DNA of 64,000 nt from Eledone cirrhosa (taxonomy: Eukaryota), in NCBI GenBank assembly GCA_964016885.1, contig OZ024745.1:25172001-25236000 (forward strand), in the 5' to 3' direction. Position 1 is the stretch's first letter; each line of letters opens with the position of its first letter. This document shows, piece by piece, positions 25,201 to 37,759 of this stretch. The translations under genes were made by a program, and so were the position numbers. The notes beneath the pieces were generated by a model. It had not been told where the DNA came from. It made no database searches and saw only the letters and a list, made by a program, of their open reading frames with translations.

Positions 25201-25326
25201 TCACCCAGCCAGCTAGAAATAGCTGCCAAGTCACCCAGCCAGCTAGTAATAGCTGCCAAGTCACCCAGCCAGCTAGTAATAGCTGCCAAGTCACCCAGCC
25301 AGCTAGTAATAGCTGCCAAGTCACCC
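25201..25326. repeat. 30-bp tandem repeat, 4 copies
   Basis: Unit tcacccagccagctagtaatagctgccaag. Confidence 0.95.
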
Positions 25327-26800
25327 GCAAATAACACACTACTGTCTTTGAATAAAAAAAGACATATTGGAAAATTAACAATATTACTGATATGGCCTGA
25401 TTTGGAATAAAGGTGTATATGGATTGTTCATAATCACCATCATCGTTTAGCATCTGTTTTCCCTGCTAGCAAGGGTTGCACATATCATTACAGACCAGTC
25501 TTGGCTCAAACAATGCCACTGACCTTCAGCATACCATCCTGCACTCTATTGAATACAGTTTATGGTGTTACTAACACTAGGAAGGTTGTCATGTCTATGG
25601 TACAACTGAAGAGTTCTCCTGACCCTTTGTGTGGCAGGTTTTATACAGCTGGATTCCCTTTCTTTCACTAACCACTTTACGGAGTGTAACGTGTGTGTGT
25701 TTTTGTGAAGGTCATCATCATCATCATCACTGTTTAATGCTAGGAATGTTGTCATCTCTACGGCACAACTAAAATATGTACCTGATCCTTTGTTTGGCAC
25801 ATTTTCTATGGCTGGATGTCCTTCCTATCACCAACAGCTTTACAGAGTACTGGATCTGTTTACCATATATATATCTATATATATATATGCGATATATATA
25901 TATATAATAAACATACATATAGTCTTACTGTGAGTATTTTAAGCTGTGACCATATTACATCTTCCCAAGTGCTGGTGTAAAAAACTGTATACATATATAT
26001 CAGAATTATTTGTCATCATCAGCACTCATACACTGGCACTAGGGTATTTCTTATATGGGGTATTTGTTACATGATCACAACTTGAAATGCTCACAGCAAT
26101 ACTATCATCATCATCATCATCATCATCATTTTAACATTGACTTTTCCATGCTGGCACAGATTGGATGGGACTGTTTAGGGCAATGTTTTACAGCCAGATG
26201 CCCTTCCTGACACCAACCCTTTTAGTCACTTATGACATGCAGGGGTACAGTGTACCTATTCTAAATCCGATATACAAGGTTATATGTACGTTTATCATGC
26301 ATAATAAACATATAGTATATTGGTCATATACACCTTTATATTGAATAATGTAGTTGGAGATAAACTGTCTCAATTATAGGTACAATCTATCTGATGGGTT
26401 TCCATACTGTTTCTGTCTATCAAGTTTCACACACAAAACTTGGGTTTATCTGAAGCTAGAGTAAGATCATTTGTCAAAGATACGTCACAGTGGGATCAAA
26501 CTTGAGACATAATTATGTTGTGAACTTCAGCTCGGTTTATATCCTGTAATATAGAGTCAGTGAACATTAGATCTGTTTAATAGAAAAGAGTATTGTTTTT
26601 TTAGCCCATCACTGATTCTGTACTGTGTTCATAAGCCAAGATTATCAATGATTGCTGACCTAGTCCACCTAGGCATCTACATAGCTATAAATACATATCA
26701 TGGGTGGATTAGCTTACAACTGTAAGTAAAATTTTGTTAGCTTGCAAAACTGAGTCTAAATGTAAGGATGACTTAGAGCTGAAAAGATGTAGTTCATAAT

Positions 26801-26981
26801 TGTTTCTACTTTAGGCACAAGGCCAGCAATTACCCAGTGCATTACTGGTACTTTATTTTATCAACCCCGTAAGGATGAAAGGCAAAGTCAACCTCGGCGC
26901 GATTTGAACTCAGATCGTAAAGGGACGTAACTATGTTGGAAAGCATGGCGTCCGACCATCTACCGATACTGCCAATCCACC
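26801..26981 (-). mobile_element. Young Meta-like SINE with 15-bp TSD
   Basis: gatgtagttcataat at 26786-26800 and 26982-26996. Confidence 0.92.
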
Positions 26982-27929
26982 GATGTAGTTCATAATGCTG
27001 ATATGTTTGAAATTATACTATAAATGAAGGCGGTGAATTGGCAGAGTCATTAGAACATCAGATAAAATGCTTTGTGGTATTCATTTCTACTCTTTACTCT
27101 GAGTTCAAATCTCACTAAGGTGAACTTTGCCTTTCATTCTTTCAAGGTTGATGACAAAAGTACCAGTCAAGTACTGGGATCGAGTTTCCTCTATTTTTCT
27201 TTGTCATTTTCATTCTTTCACTTTCTATCCTTCCCCGGAAGAAATCGGTTGTATTCAGACCTGAAGAGATGGGCCTTAGATATGTTGTATGTCAATACGG
27301 TGCCCCCACGACTCCCCCAGGAATTACAGGGCTATGCATGTACACTACAAAGGTTTTTGTGATACTCAACACCCAATAGAGTTATAAGACTTACTACTGT
27401 TGTGTCTGTTTATTCTTGATAACCTTAGGAAGTGACACTCTCGTGGTATAAAACCATATACTGTAGATGGTACTGAACATAAGTTGATAGTCACAATTAT
27501 ATTTCTTGCTACTACTAAAGATCTAAAAATCTGCTTTTGAAGTTTTGATTCTTTCAAAATATTTACTTTTCATTTTTAGTTTTTCATCATATTTATACAT
27601 TGTGTTATATTTCCATTGACACGCAAATATTTATATGGAGTTAACTTGCTCGTTTTCTTATTCCATCCTCCTCCCATTCTCCGTTATATAATTTGAAGAC
27701 CTTCTGTTTTACACATTAGATCCTCTCATATTTTCTTATCTATATGTGGTGCATTAAGCTCTCAAGCATATTGGTCGCTTCTACATTTGTCCAAACATAA
27801 TAACATTTGGAGGTCATCACACTAAAATGTTTGACAACACTGAATAAACAAACTGCTACAGTTTGGAATCATTTTTCTGAAAAGATTTGGAGTTCATCCA
27901 AAAAGTTGAAATATAAAGTCTAATGTCTG

Positions 27930-28185
27930 TCCCAAGCCCAGAGGCTCATTAGACCAGTGTTTATCCCAGTTTATTCCTTAGTGTTAACTGACTGAGATTA
28001 CAAGGCTTCCCCTTGCACATGAGGCCAGTCCATCACAAGGTTAAACCCCCAACTTCTGCTGGTACTCATTTTCAGCTGAGTATACTGGAGCAACATGAAT
28101 GAAAGTGTTTTGGTCAAGAACACAACCCAGGAATTGAACCCATGACATTATTATTGTAAGTCCAACACCCTAACTACTAGACCAT
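27930..28185 (-). mobile_element. CORE-type SINE (copy at 29625-29885; partial copies ~18025-18155, 18890-19000, 20560-20680)
   Basis: Reverse strand reads GTTGTGTTCTTGA..AAAACACTTT..ATGTTGCTCCAGTATACTCAGCTGAAAATGAGTACC...GATGGACTGG. Confidence 0.75.
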
Positions 28186-28432
28186 GGAATAATTTTGAAC
28201 TTCTAGCTATTGGATTATTAAAAAGGCCGAAAGGAGCCACTCATCAGAACAGACAAAGGAAACAATGTCTCCATTAGTCTTCCTATTGCTGATACTATCT
28301 ACCAGTTGCAACTCCTTCAAAAATGGAGCAGGATTTGAACCCAAAACATCCAAGTCAGAGCAAATATTTAGTCATTTAATCCAATGCTATAATAACTAAC
28401 AATTTGCTACTTATATCATCCAAAACTGATTA

Positions 28433-28487
28433 CCGTATATACTCGAATATAAGCTGAGGAATATGTGACCCTCCAAAAAATTGATGG

Positions 28488-28528
<41 letters not shown>

Positions 28529-28694
28529 TGGGTGGCTTGGGGTTGGCTCAGCTTATACTTGGGGTCAATATTTTGACGATTTTCACCAACTTCAAATTCT
28601 ACGTTAATAAGGTTTGGAGTTTTGCCCATATCTCAGACATAAAATTGTGGGGTCAGCTTATATTGGTATCAGATTTATATTTGAATATATACAG
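28433..28694. mobile_element. Tc2/pogo-like MITE containing a (GT)n tract
   Basis: TA-CCGTATATACTCGAATATAAG ... TTATATTTGAATATATACAG-TA. Confidence 0.8.
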
Positions 28695-30319
28695 TATATT
28701 TCTAACAGTTAACTCTGTTAGTAAACATAGTTCAAAATTGTGATCAGAAAGACTGTTGCATCCTCTTTTTGGTGTATTACTGATTGATAAACTAATATAT
28801 TTTTAGAGCCCTTTTGGTGTACAATCTATAATTCAGTAACAAAACAAATTTTTAATTACTTGATTAAATGAGTTTCTCGAAAATAGGATTAAAATATTTT
28901 CAACAAAATTATATAATTTTAAGAAACGAGAAATAAGTAAATAAAAAAAAATTACCTCGAAGGGAGAATGGATAAGGATTATATTCTTGTATTCTTTTAT
29001 TGGTTTCAGAAATTTGACTGTAGAGCTATGCTAGGGTTCAACTGTCTTATAGAAAATCAAAAATCTAGATTTACCATACAGTTTGAATCTTCTGGGTTTT
29101 TTTTTCTACTTGTCAAACATTTTTCTAACAAGTAGCATCTGCAGCTATCCTTAAATTCTCATAAAGACTAAGCAGCAACAGACATTTTTCATTAAAACCA
29201 AATGTGACACACACAATAAATATATAAATAAAATAAAATAAAATAACAAAAACAAAACACAAAACAAAAACAAAATCAGGAAAATGCTGACGATAGAAAT
29301 CATATTCATTTACCAGTCTGAACCGTAAATAGGTCCTTACAGCAGAGTCTGGTGGATGAAATCAGTGTAGATACCAATGTAGGGCACCTAAAAATCACTT
29401 GAGTCGCTCTTAAACTTTTACATTGTCTAAAAATATTTGGCCTTAATAAGAGGCCAGCTGAATGCTTCTCCTTCACAAACTACTTGTAAGGTAAGATGTC
29501 AGCTGTCTGTTTCTCCTTCACCAACTACTTATAAGTACATGACATCAGAGTTGTCCCTCTATTCTCCAGTCATAACTGTACAATTCCAACCTTACAATAC
29601 TAGATAGAAACCTTCTAAAGTCTGTCTCGAGCCCAGAGGCTCATCAAGCCAGTGTTTATCCCAGTTTCCGTGGCATGAAGTAACTGAAAGTACAAGACTA
29701 CTCCCTGGACAGGACACCAGTCCATCACAGGCGTAAATCCTTAGCTATTGCTGGTATTCATTTTCAGCTGAGTATACTGGAGCAACATAAAATGAAGTGT
29801 TTTGCTCAAGAACACAACACAGCTTAGGAATTGAATGCACAACATTATGGTTGTAAATCCATCACCTTTACCACTAGGCCATACACATCCACAGTTAGAA
29901 ACCTTGTTCCAAACAAATAGACTAAAAGTTTTACCTACAAAAGTGAACATCATTTTCTTTTATATATTGCTTGGTTGGAAGGAAGAGCAGCTCACATGCT
30001 CACATTCTCCTTTATCATTTCTTGGGGGGTTCTGAGACTGTTGATAGAAAAGGATGGAGGAAAGCATTCTCAAACAGTAGACATCACCTGATTGCTTGCA
30101 ACATGCTCTAACAATTCTACCATCTTCACATCTTCCACATTCACTTTACTATTTGGTTTTCATGCAGCAGTAGTCTCTGTTTTTTTTTGGCTCTTGGAAG
30201 CCCTAAAAAGGGGTCATGAGCACTGCCTTACTTCTCTGACTAAGTGGTAAAAAAAAGGAACAAAAATCTCTTGCCATATTACATCAAAATAAGCTAGTGC
30301 AACACTTTACTACATATGT

Positions 30320-30910
30320 TCTTCTTCTTGGTCTTGTTTCACAAGGCTGGGGTCATCCTAAGCCGGCAATCCCAGAAGCATCATCATGCATAGAGCCGAC
30401 CAGGTCCAACAGCACCCTCCATCGCTGGTGGTCTTGTGATAGCTCCTCTGTATCCTCAAAGGCGATGTCGAGCCTCTGGAGGTCTTCCCTGATAATATCT
30501 AGCCATCTGGTGCGGGGCCTGCCGCGTGGCTTCTTCCAGCCTGCAGCCGCTGTGTTGAATGAGAGTAAGGCTCTGGTAGGATAATCTGGTGGAAAGTAGA
30601 GAACATGTCCATACCAGCGCATGTGGTGAATAGTTATGAGGCGAGAAGATGTGGGCTGATGCATGCACGCACGCAACACTTTGTTGGAAATGTGGTGGTG
30701 CTATCTGGTGTTTTTGATTGTCCTCAGGTCTCTGCTATCAAAGTTGTCGATCCTCTCTGCCAGGGTCTTTGTGAGGAGCCACATTTCTGCTCCTTAGAGG
30801 AGAATGGAGAGGTCCAATGCATTGTAAATATGGAGCTTCTTTTTCTGGGAGCTTGAGCAGTGGCACAAAAGGGGCTTCTAAGGGAGTACATGACCCCGGC
30901 AGCCAGGCCA
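30320..30910 (-). mobile_element. RTE-clade LINE 3' fragment
   Basis: RWYGHVL...WKKPRGRPRTRWLDIIREDL...RWR, with a (GAA)n tail at ~30320. Confidence 0.88.
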
Positions 30911-31834
30911 CATCTGCAGTACTTATATATATCTTTATATATGCAGGTGGGGATCTCCTGGTGGTATTTATTAAAAGTCTTGTTGTTATTATTGTTGCTG
31001 TTGTTAGTACTAATTGCTACAGTTTATCATAGTCTACCTCCCCACATCACTCACTCTTTAGAATGGGGTTGGTAACAGGGAAAGGGGGTGAAAGATCTGA
31101 TGTGGTGGGGGAATGTTACTAATTAAGCATTCCTTGCTTGTTAACATATATGCTGAGTAAATATAAGTTCATTGCTCCTTGTAAGAGAAAGAGGGAGGGA
31201 GAGACAGGCAGGGTTGATGGTTCTCTCTATTAATATGTGTGTGTTTGTGTGTGTGCATAAGAGAGTCTGTGCATGTGTATATGTGTGTATGCATATGGGC
31301 TGGTCTGTGTGTGTGTTATATGTGCATAGGCACCTATGTGAATGTGTTTGTGTATGTACATAGAAGCCTCTGTGTGTGTGTGTGTATATGTAAGGATAAT
31401 TATAAACTTTTTCTCATTTTTCTCTCTTCATGCACACACACACAGTTCATAAGCCAATGAATGAGCCTCTATACTGTCTTTCTGCTAGAAATGACAGCCA
31501 ATTATCATTGAGAGAGATGTGGAGAGTTATAGAACATGAGAGAGAGAGAGAGAGAGAGAGAGGATAGTGAAGAATGTAAAGGAGAAAGGCTAATGAGTGA
31601 GAGAGAGTTTGAAAAAAAAAGGAGAGTCTAAGTGAGAGTGTGTGAGAGAGCATGGGATTGATTGCTTTAGTCTTTGTTCTTGTTCTTTGTGTTCTGAGTT
31701 CAAATTCTGCTGAAGTCAACTTTGTTTTTTATCCTTTTGTTGGTTGATAAATGACAGTACTAGTCACAGTAGCGATGGTGGAATAACAGAACTGCAATAT
31801 CTTAATTGGTTTTGTGAGTTCTGAGTTTAGAATG

Positions 31835-32062
31835 TCTCAGGAAAGAATTGCTGGCCAGATTTTACCGGCAAAACCAACCAGCAGGAGACCCAGGGGTAGA
31901 CCCGAGCAAGATGGTTGGATAACATCCATGAGCTTGGCTGGTCCTGCTTGGGGATCCAGCTAGATCCTTTGGAGAGGGTTGCTTCTGACAGGACCCGCTG
32001 GAAGAAGTGTTTGAAGACCCTGCTGTATTGACCGTCTTAGGAATAAGTGGGTGAAGAAGAAT
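31835..32062 (+). mobile_element. RTE LINE 3' end (same family as 49030-49460, minus strand)
   Basis: KPTSRRPRGRP..RWLDNIHEL.W motif and a GAAGAAGAA tail. Confidence 0.75.
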
Positions 32063-32269
32063 AATTTAAATACTGCCCATTTTATCAGGAGTTGCAATAA
32101 GCAGATAGTATTAGCAATGGAAAAACATAGATTCCTTGGTCCAATTTGATGTTAGGCTCCTTTGATTATATTACATATGTATGGATTTATCATGTAAATG
32201 TGAGAGGAAGGCAGAGCTTGGATGAGCTGAGGGAGATGCTGGGTTTAAGATGAATACAAAGTGGTGTGC

Positions 32270-32500
32270 ATGAGAGAAGACTGGATGAAGAAATACCAGG
32301 AAATCACAGTGGAATGAAGCCACAGTAGAGGTAGAAGTAGACCAAGAAGTACCTGGGTAGAAGTAGTGAGAGCTGATCTCAAATTGCTGATACTCACAGA
32401 GGGGATGGCATAGGAACATGGCAAGTGAAAAGATGCTGTGCTGAAAAGAACCCGTTCAACCCATGCAAGCATGGAACAGCAGCCGTATAAATGATAATAA
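32270..32500 (+). mobile_element. RTE LINE 3' end whose 3' UTR matches the (GAT)n SINE tail (reverse copy 36010-36205)
   Basis: RGRSRPRSTWVEVVRADLKLL, then ACCCGTTCAACCCATGCAAGCATGGAA...AAATGATAAT. Confidence 0.75.
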
Positions 32501-33120
32501 TTACCACACTGCGTGTTAAACTTTCTAGAAGCTCCAGTGAAGAGAAACAGTGACATAAAACAAAGATGTCTTTCACTATGTTATAATGTGAAATGGTTTA
32601 TATATATTTTAAACTCTTTCATTGCCATATTTCTAATGAATAACACTGTCTATGATTTTCAAATTTTGAAAATAATTAAGAATTTAGTAGTATAACTAAT
32701 TTCTCAATACTTAGTTGGTGTTTGGCACAACAATTTGTTGTGCCAAACAAAGCATGTTGTCCGATGTCCTACCAATACTGCCAATCCACCATCCAATATG
32801 TTTATGTATCATAAACACATATAAATCTCACTGTAAGTATTTTATGCAGTGGTCATGTCACAGCTACCTCAGTTACTGTGTGAGTAAGCCAAATGCTGGT
32901 ACTTCAGGATCATTTATCCATCATCAGTGACATTTATTGACTGGGTACTGATAGAATGGTGGGAAGAAAGTGAGAGACAATAGCTAGCTAGTAGAGAGAA
33001 AAAGAGAGAGAGAGAGACTGAATGAGTGATATACATTAGAAAGGCAATGACTAAAAGGGAAAAGGGGGAGACAGACTAGAAGAGAAATATAGGAACTAGA
33101 GAGAAGTAAGAGAGAGTGAT

Positions 33121-33157
<37 letters not shown>

Positions 33158-33384
33158 AAGAGAGATGTAAAGAGGGAGAGAGTTGAGAAAGGAACAGTAA
33201 AGGAGAGAGGCTAATGAGAGAGAGGAAGAAGTTTGAAAAAAAGGAGAGTTATAAATGAAAGAGGAGGTGTGTGTGTACGTGAGAGAGAAACTAGAAGAGA
33301 GATCTAGAGAGTGAGGAAGAACTTTATAAGAGAGAGAGAGATTGGGTGCTAGAGAATGTGTGTGTGTGTGTGTGTGTGTGAAAG

Positions 33385-33883
33385 AGAGTAAGGGTGATAG
33401 AAATATGAGAGGTGAGGATAGAGAGAGAGGGGAGTGATAGAAATATGAGAGGTGAGGATAGAGAGAGAGGGGGAGTGATAGAAATATGAGAGGTGGGACG
33501 AGAGAGAGGGGGAGTGATAGAAATATGGGAGGTGAGGAGAGAGAGAGAATGAAAAGGAGATATGATAATCTAGAGAGAGAAAGAGAGAGACGTCTCCCCC
33601 ACCCCACCCCACAAGATAGAAAGAGAAAGGAGAGACGTATGTCTCCCCCATTTCCCCCACAAGATAGAAAGAAAGGGAGAGACATCTGTCCCCCCAATCC
33701 ACGAGATAGAAAGAAAGGGAGAGACGTCTGTCCCCCCCACTCCACGAGATAGAAAGAAAGGGAGAGACCCCCCCAATATAGAAAGAGAAAGGGAGAGACG
33801 TCTGTCCCCCCCAATCCACAAGATAGAAAGAAAGGGAGAGACCCCCCCCAATATAGAAAGAGAAAGGGAGAGACGTCTGTCCC
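33385..33883. repeat. GA-rich ~42-48-bp tandem repeats running into the gap
   Basis: Units gagtgatagaaatatgagaggtgagga and gatagaaagaaagggagagacgtctgtccccc. Confidence 0.85.
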
Positions 33884-34083
33884 NNNNNNNNNNNNNNNNN
33901 NNNNNNNNNNNNNNNNNNNNNNNNNNNNNNNNNNNNNNNNNNNNNNNNNNNNNNNNNNNNNNNNNNNNNNNNNNNNNNNNNNNNNNNNNNNNNNNNNNNN
34001 NNNNNNNNNNNNNNNNNNNNNNNNNNNNNNNNNNNNNNNNNNNNNNNNNNNNNNNNNNNNNNNNNNNNNNNNNNNNNNNNNNN
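33884..34083. other. Assembly gap (200 N, true size unknown)
   Basis: Run of exactly 200 N. Confidence 0.99.
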
Positions 34084-34094
34084 AGATTTCATAA

Positions 34095-34534
34095 TCTATA
34101 TATCTAAAACAGAGAATGTCTGTCTGTCTGTCTGACTCCTTAAAACTCGAGAACCACCCAACCGATTGTTTTCAAACTTTACACATGTAATACTTATGGT
34201 CCTGTGTGTTTTGAGCAAAAACAATTTCAAATTGCCCTAGGGCAAGCATTATGCGATTTAGCGATCTCTCTTTCTCTCTTAGTCGTTCTTTTTAGATAGA
34301 TACATAGATATAACGTCGCGCCCTTATAATATGTCTGTATGTCTGGCTGTCTGCATTACAACATTATGACGCGTGTGTGTGTATATATGTATATATAGTG
34401 TGTGTATACATATATATAGTGTGTAACGTTTTTCGAAATATTTACTTCTGTGTTCACAGATTGATATTTTTTAGTTTCAGAAGATCCCGTTAAGGGTGAA
34501 AGCAGCGATTCTTTGCTTAAACTTTAATCTGTTA

Positions 34535-34604
<70 letters not shown>

Positions 34605-35920
34605 TATATTTGTGTACAGATATTTTTGCATACACAATAACAAAATATAAACAAAAGTATTGATTTTCTTCGCATGGAAAAAAACCCTGGTAATCTACGA
34701 CAAATTATTTTTATAAGCACAAAATGTAGACACCGTCCCGTGAGTGTTTTGAGCAAAAAAAATTTCATATTTTCAATGCGCTAGGGACCACATTAGGCAC
34801 TGTTTAGCGATCTCTCTATAATACTTAATCTGTCTTTTTAGATAGATACATAGCTTCGACGTCGCGCCCTTATAATATATGTCTCTATGTCTGGCTGTCT
34901 GCATTACAACATTATGACACTATCTGTGTGTGTATATATGTATATATATGTATATATATAGTGTGTGTATATATATATATAGTGTGTAACGTTTTTTCGA
35001 AATATTTACTTCTGCGTTCACAGATTGATTTTTTTAGTTTCAGAAGATCCCGTTAAGGGTGAAAGCAGCGATTCTTTGCTTAAACTTTAATCTGTTATTT
35101 TAATATATATATTCGTGTACAGATATTTTTGCATACACAAAAACAAAATATAAACAAACAAGGCCAGCGATTACATAGTCAACGATTCGGAAATCACATG
35201 CATCACTGACGAGTTTACTCCTTACTCTACCGGTTAGTCTTAGTGTACTTCATCCTGCTTTTAGGTCTTGCTTTGAAGGAAGAGATACTCCATTGGCCGA
35301 AATACTGCAAAAGCGGCAAGAGGTGCTCCAATCATCTTTTAGGTAGACTAGGCAGAAGGGGATATACACGATTGGCTGAAGAAGGACAAGACTGTGTTAG
35401 TAGTATGACCAACAGCTGCTATCACACCAACAGCAGCAAAAACAACAAAAAAGAGAGGGAACGCAATTACATGCTTTTGAAAAATCGTAATGGAAAATTA
35501 TTTGCCTATTCACTGAAGGTGACTTCACTTTTCATTAGGACTTCTGCATCAATTGGTGAACATACAACGAAACATTGGAGTAAGACCACACCACCCTCCA
35601 CCACTGCAGTCCCACATGCTTACTGCTCTGTAACTATTGCTTTCATTGTACCATAGCACAACAAATACATGTTCGGTTTGTCGAATGCCTTTTTACTTAA
35701 CCCTATTGTCTTGGCTTTCGTGGGTTGAACATTTTACTCTCAGGCACCCAATTAAGTTAAAATGTCTGGTAATCTATGACAAATTTTTTTCATAAACACA
35801 AAATGTAGACACCATCTCCAGGTCGAGGTATCCTGTACTTCTGTGTACTGTTTCAGAATGGAGGGATAAACATTCTAATCTATGTTTAGAATCCCGAGCA
35901 ATGCCGGGCCATTCTGCTAG
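34095..35920 (+). mobile_element. Non-autonomous Helitron with an internal tandem duplication and RepHel remnants
   Basis: A|TCTATATATCTAAAA..(TGTC)n 5' end. 3' hairpin CCCGAGC-AAT-GCCGGG (35893-35908) then CTAG|T. Degenerate SMTNSCYH, YCKSGK and FxxNxxxYN-like motifs at 35250-35650. Confidence 0.9.
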
Positions 35921-36602
35921 TTTAATATAAACTACATTAAATTATACATTTACACACTAACCCGAATATGGGAAAACTGAACAGGATACCCATGGGAGTC
36001 AAACCACACCGTCATCATCACCATTTTTACGTCCATTTTCCACACATGCATGGGTTGGATGGGTCCTTTTCAGCACAGCTTCTCTCCACTCATCACATTC
36101 CTTCGTCATATCCTCTCTGAGTCTTAGCGATTTGAGGGTCAGCTCTCACCACTTCTGTCTAAGTCTTCCTTGGTCTACCTCTACTTGGCTTCCTTCCACT
36201 GGCATTATACAGTAGGGAGAAACCTTTTGTTGTCAACAGTGGGGGTAGCTCTCTAAACTTCCTTCATCCTATCCTTATTCTAGCTATTATGCTCTCAAAG
36301 CATCCCCCTCCACTGCTAATTAGGTCATCTAGATAGCAGAAGCTATCCACTACTTCTATGGATCCTTCATGTGATTGGAAAAGGTTTATATCCTTGATAT
36401 CTCTTCAATTATCCCTGCGCATCTACATACAAAGTCTCCCCTTCCATGAAGAATTTTACAATTATTTATACACACACACGCACATACATTGTCACACTTA
36501 AATACTTCCATGCTTAACACACATACACACAGAGCACACTATATGCATACACTATACCATACATACATATCACATATATATAACACTCACGCATACATAC
36601 CA

Positions 36603-36995
36603 CCAGAGTTGGATTTAGACTTAGGGACCCAGGGCACTTCAGGTCTAAAATGTACCATGATCTCTCTAAGAAATTAAATGTAAAAGGCACCTGTATCCGG
36701 GGTTGGATTTAGACCTTGGGGGCCCCGGGGCCACTTCAGCTTTGAGGTGCCCCTCATACACAAAAAATTAGAATACACAGCAGACCTCGCCAATTTTACA
36801 TATAGTTAGCTAGGTACAAGTAATTGGAATTGAAAAGTTATACATACAGGTATTAAATTCAAAATTTCTAACCATCCTAAAACTAAAAAGTCCAGCTGAT
36901 GGTACAATTAAATTGCTACGGCCTTCGCTGGTGGGGTCCTCCACTGTAGTGGCCTGGGGTAATTGCCTCCTTTGCCTCCATTAAATCAGGCCCTG
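36603..36995. mobile_element. hAT-like MITE with duplicated left end (reverse copy ~56265-56535)
   Basis: GGGTTGGATTTAGAC...TTAAATCAGGCCCTG termini. Internal sequence is shared with the 56.3-kb copy. Confidence 0.65.
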
Positions 36996-37083
36996 CATAT
37001 GGCATCATATACACAGTCCACACTACACCCAACACCCACATACCACCATACACATGACATGTATTACACACACATATACCACC

Positions 37084-37759
37084 CAGGGACGGCACCTGAC
37101 TGTTTAGTGCCCTAGGCTAGCTGTATGATATGTGTCCCCTTCTAGTTAGGCTCCCCATTCTCTCAAATAAAATAATTTCATCTTACAGGTTGGTAAGCTG
37201 ATAAACCTAGTTTTTGACATTTCCTTCTCTGATCATGCTAAGAAAATTACTAAGCCTGCATTTTCCACTACTCAGTACACACTCACTCATGTCAAATCAT
37301 GTTACAGGTCATAACACCATATGACCCTCTCCACCCTCTTTAGATATTTCCATACAGTTACAGTTGCTATGCAGCAAATATGTTTAGTCATTTATTTATT
37401 ATTGCAGCAAATTACTGTATATTCTATTTACAGTCCACGATAGCATTAAGGGTACTTTTGAATTTTTCCCACTGACCAATCATTGCCCAGGCCCTAAACA
37501 CCCCAGAAATCAATGGAGCTTGCCCTGAAGATCATATTCTGACTAATTTTTTGCCTTCAATTTTAGGCGTATCCTGCAACATCAGAGGCTGTGTTAAAAT
37601 TTTTTTAACAAGTTTCATTAGAACCCTCCACGTTGTCATGGACTGTTAATGATAAAAATTTATATAAAATTGTGATCCTTTAAGGTTCAGCAATGCTTCT
37701 GTCTGAGGTCTGCGCCCTTAGTGGCTGCCTAGTTAGCCTTAGTGGTAGAGTTAACCCTG
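37084..37759. mobile_element. hAT-like non-autonomous DNA transposon
   Basis: CAGGG...CCCTG termini with an imperfect 8-bp TSD ataccacc/acatcacc. Confidence 0.7.

Noticed and set aside
29313-29430. Possible minus-strand exon (AG...GTAAAT)
   Set aside because: Splice-like signals are present but the peptide is unrecognisable and no partner exons were found.
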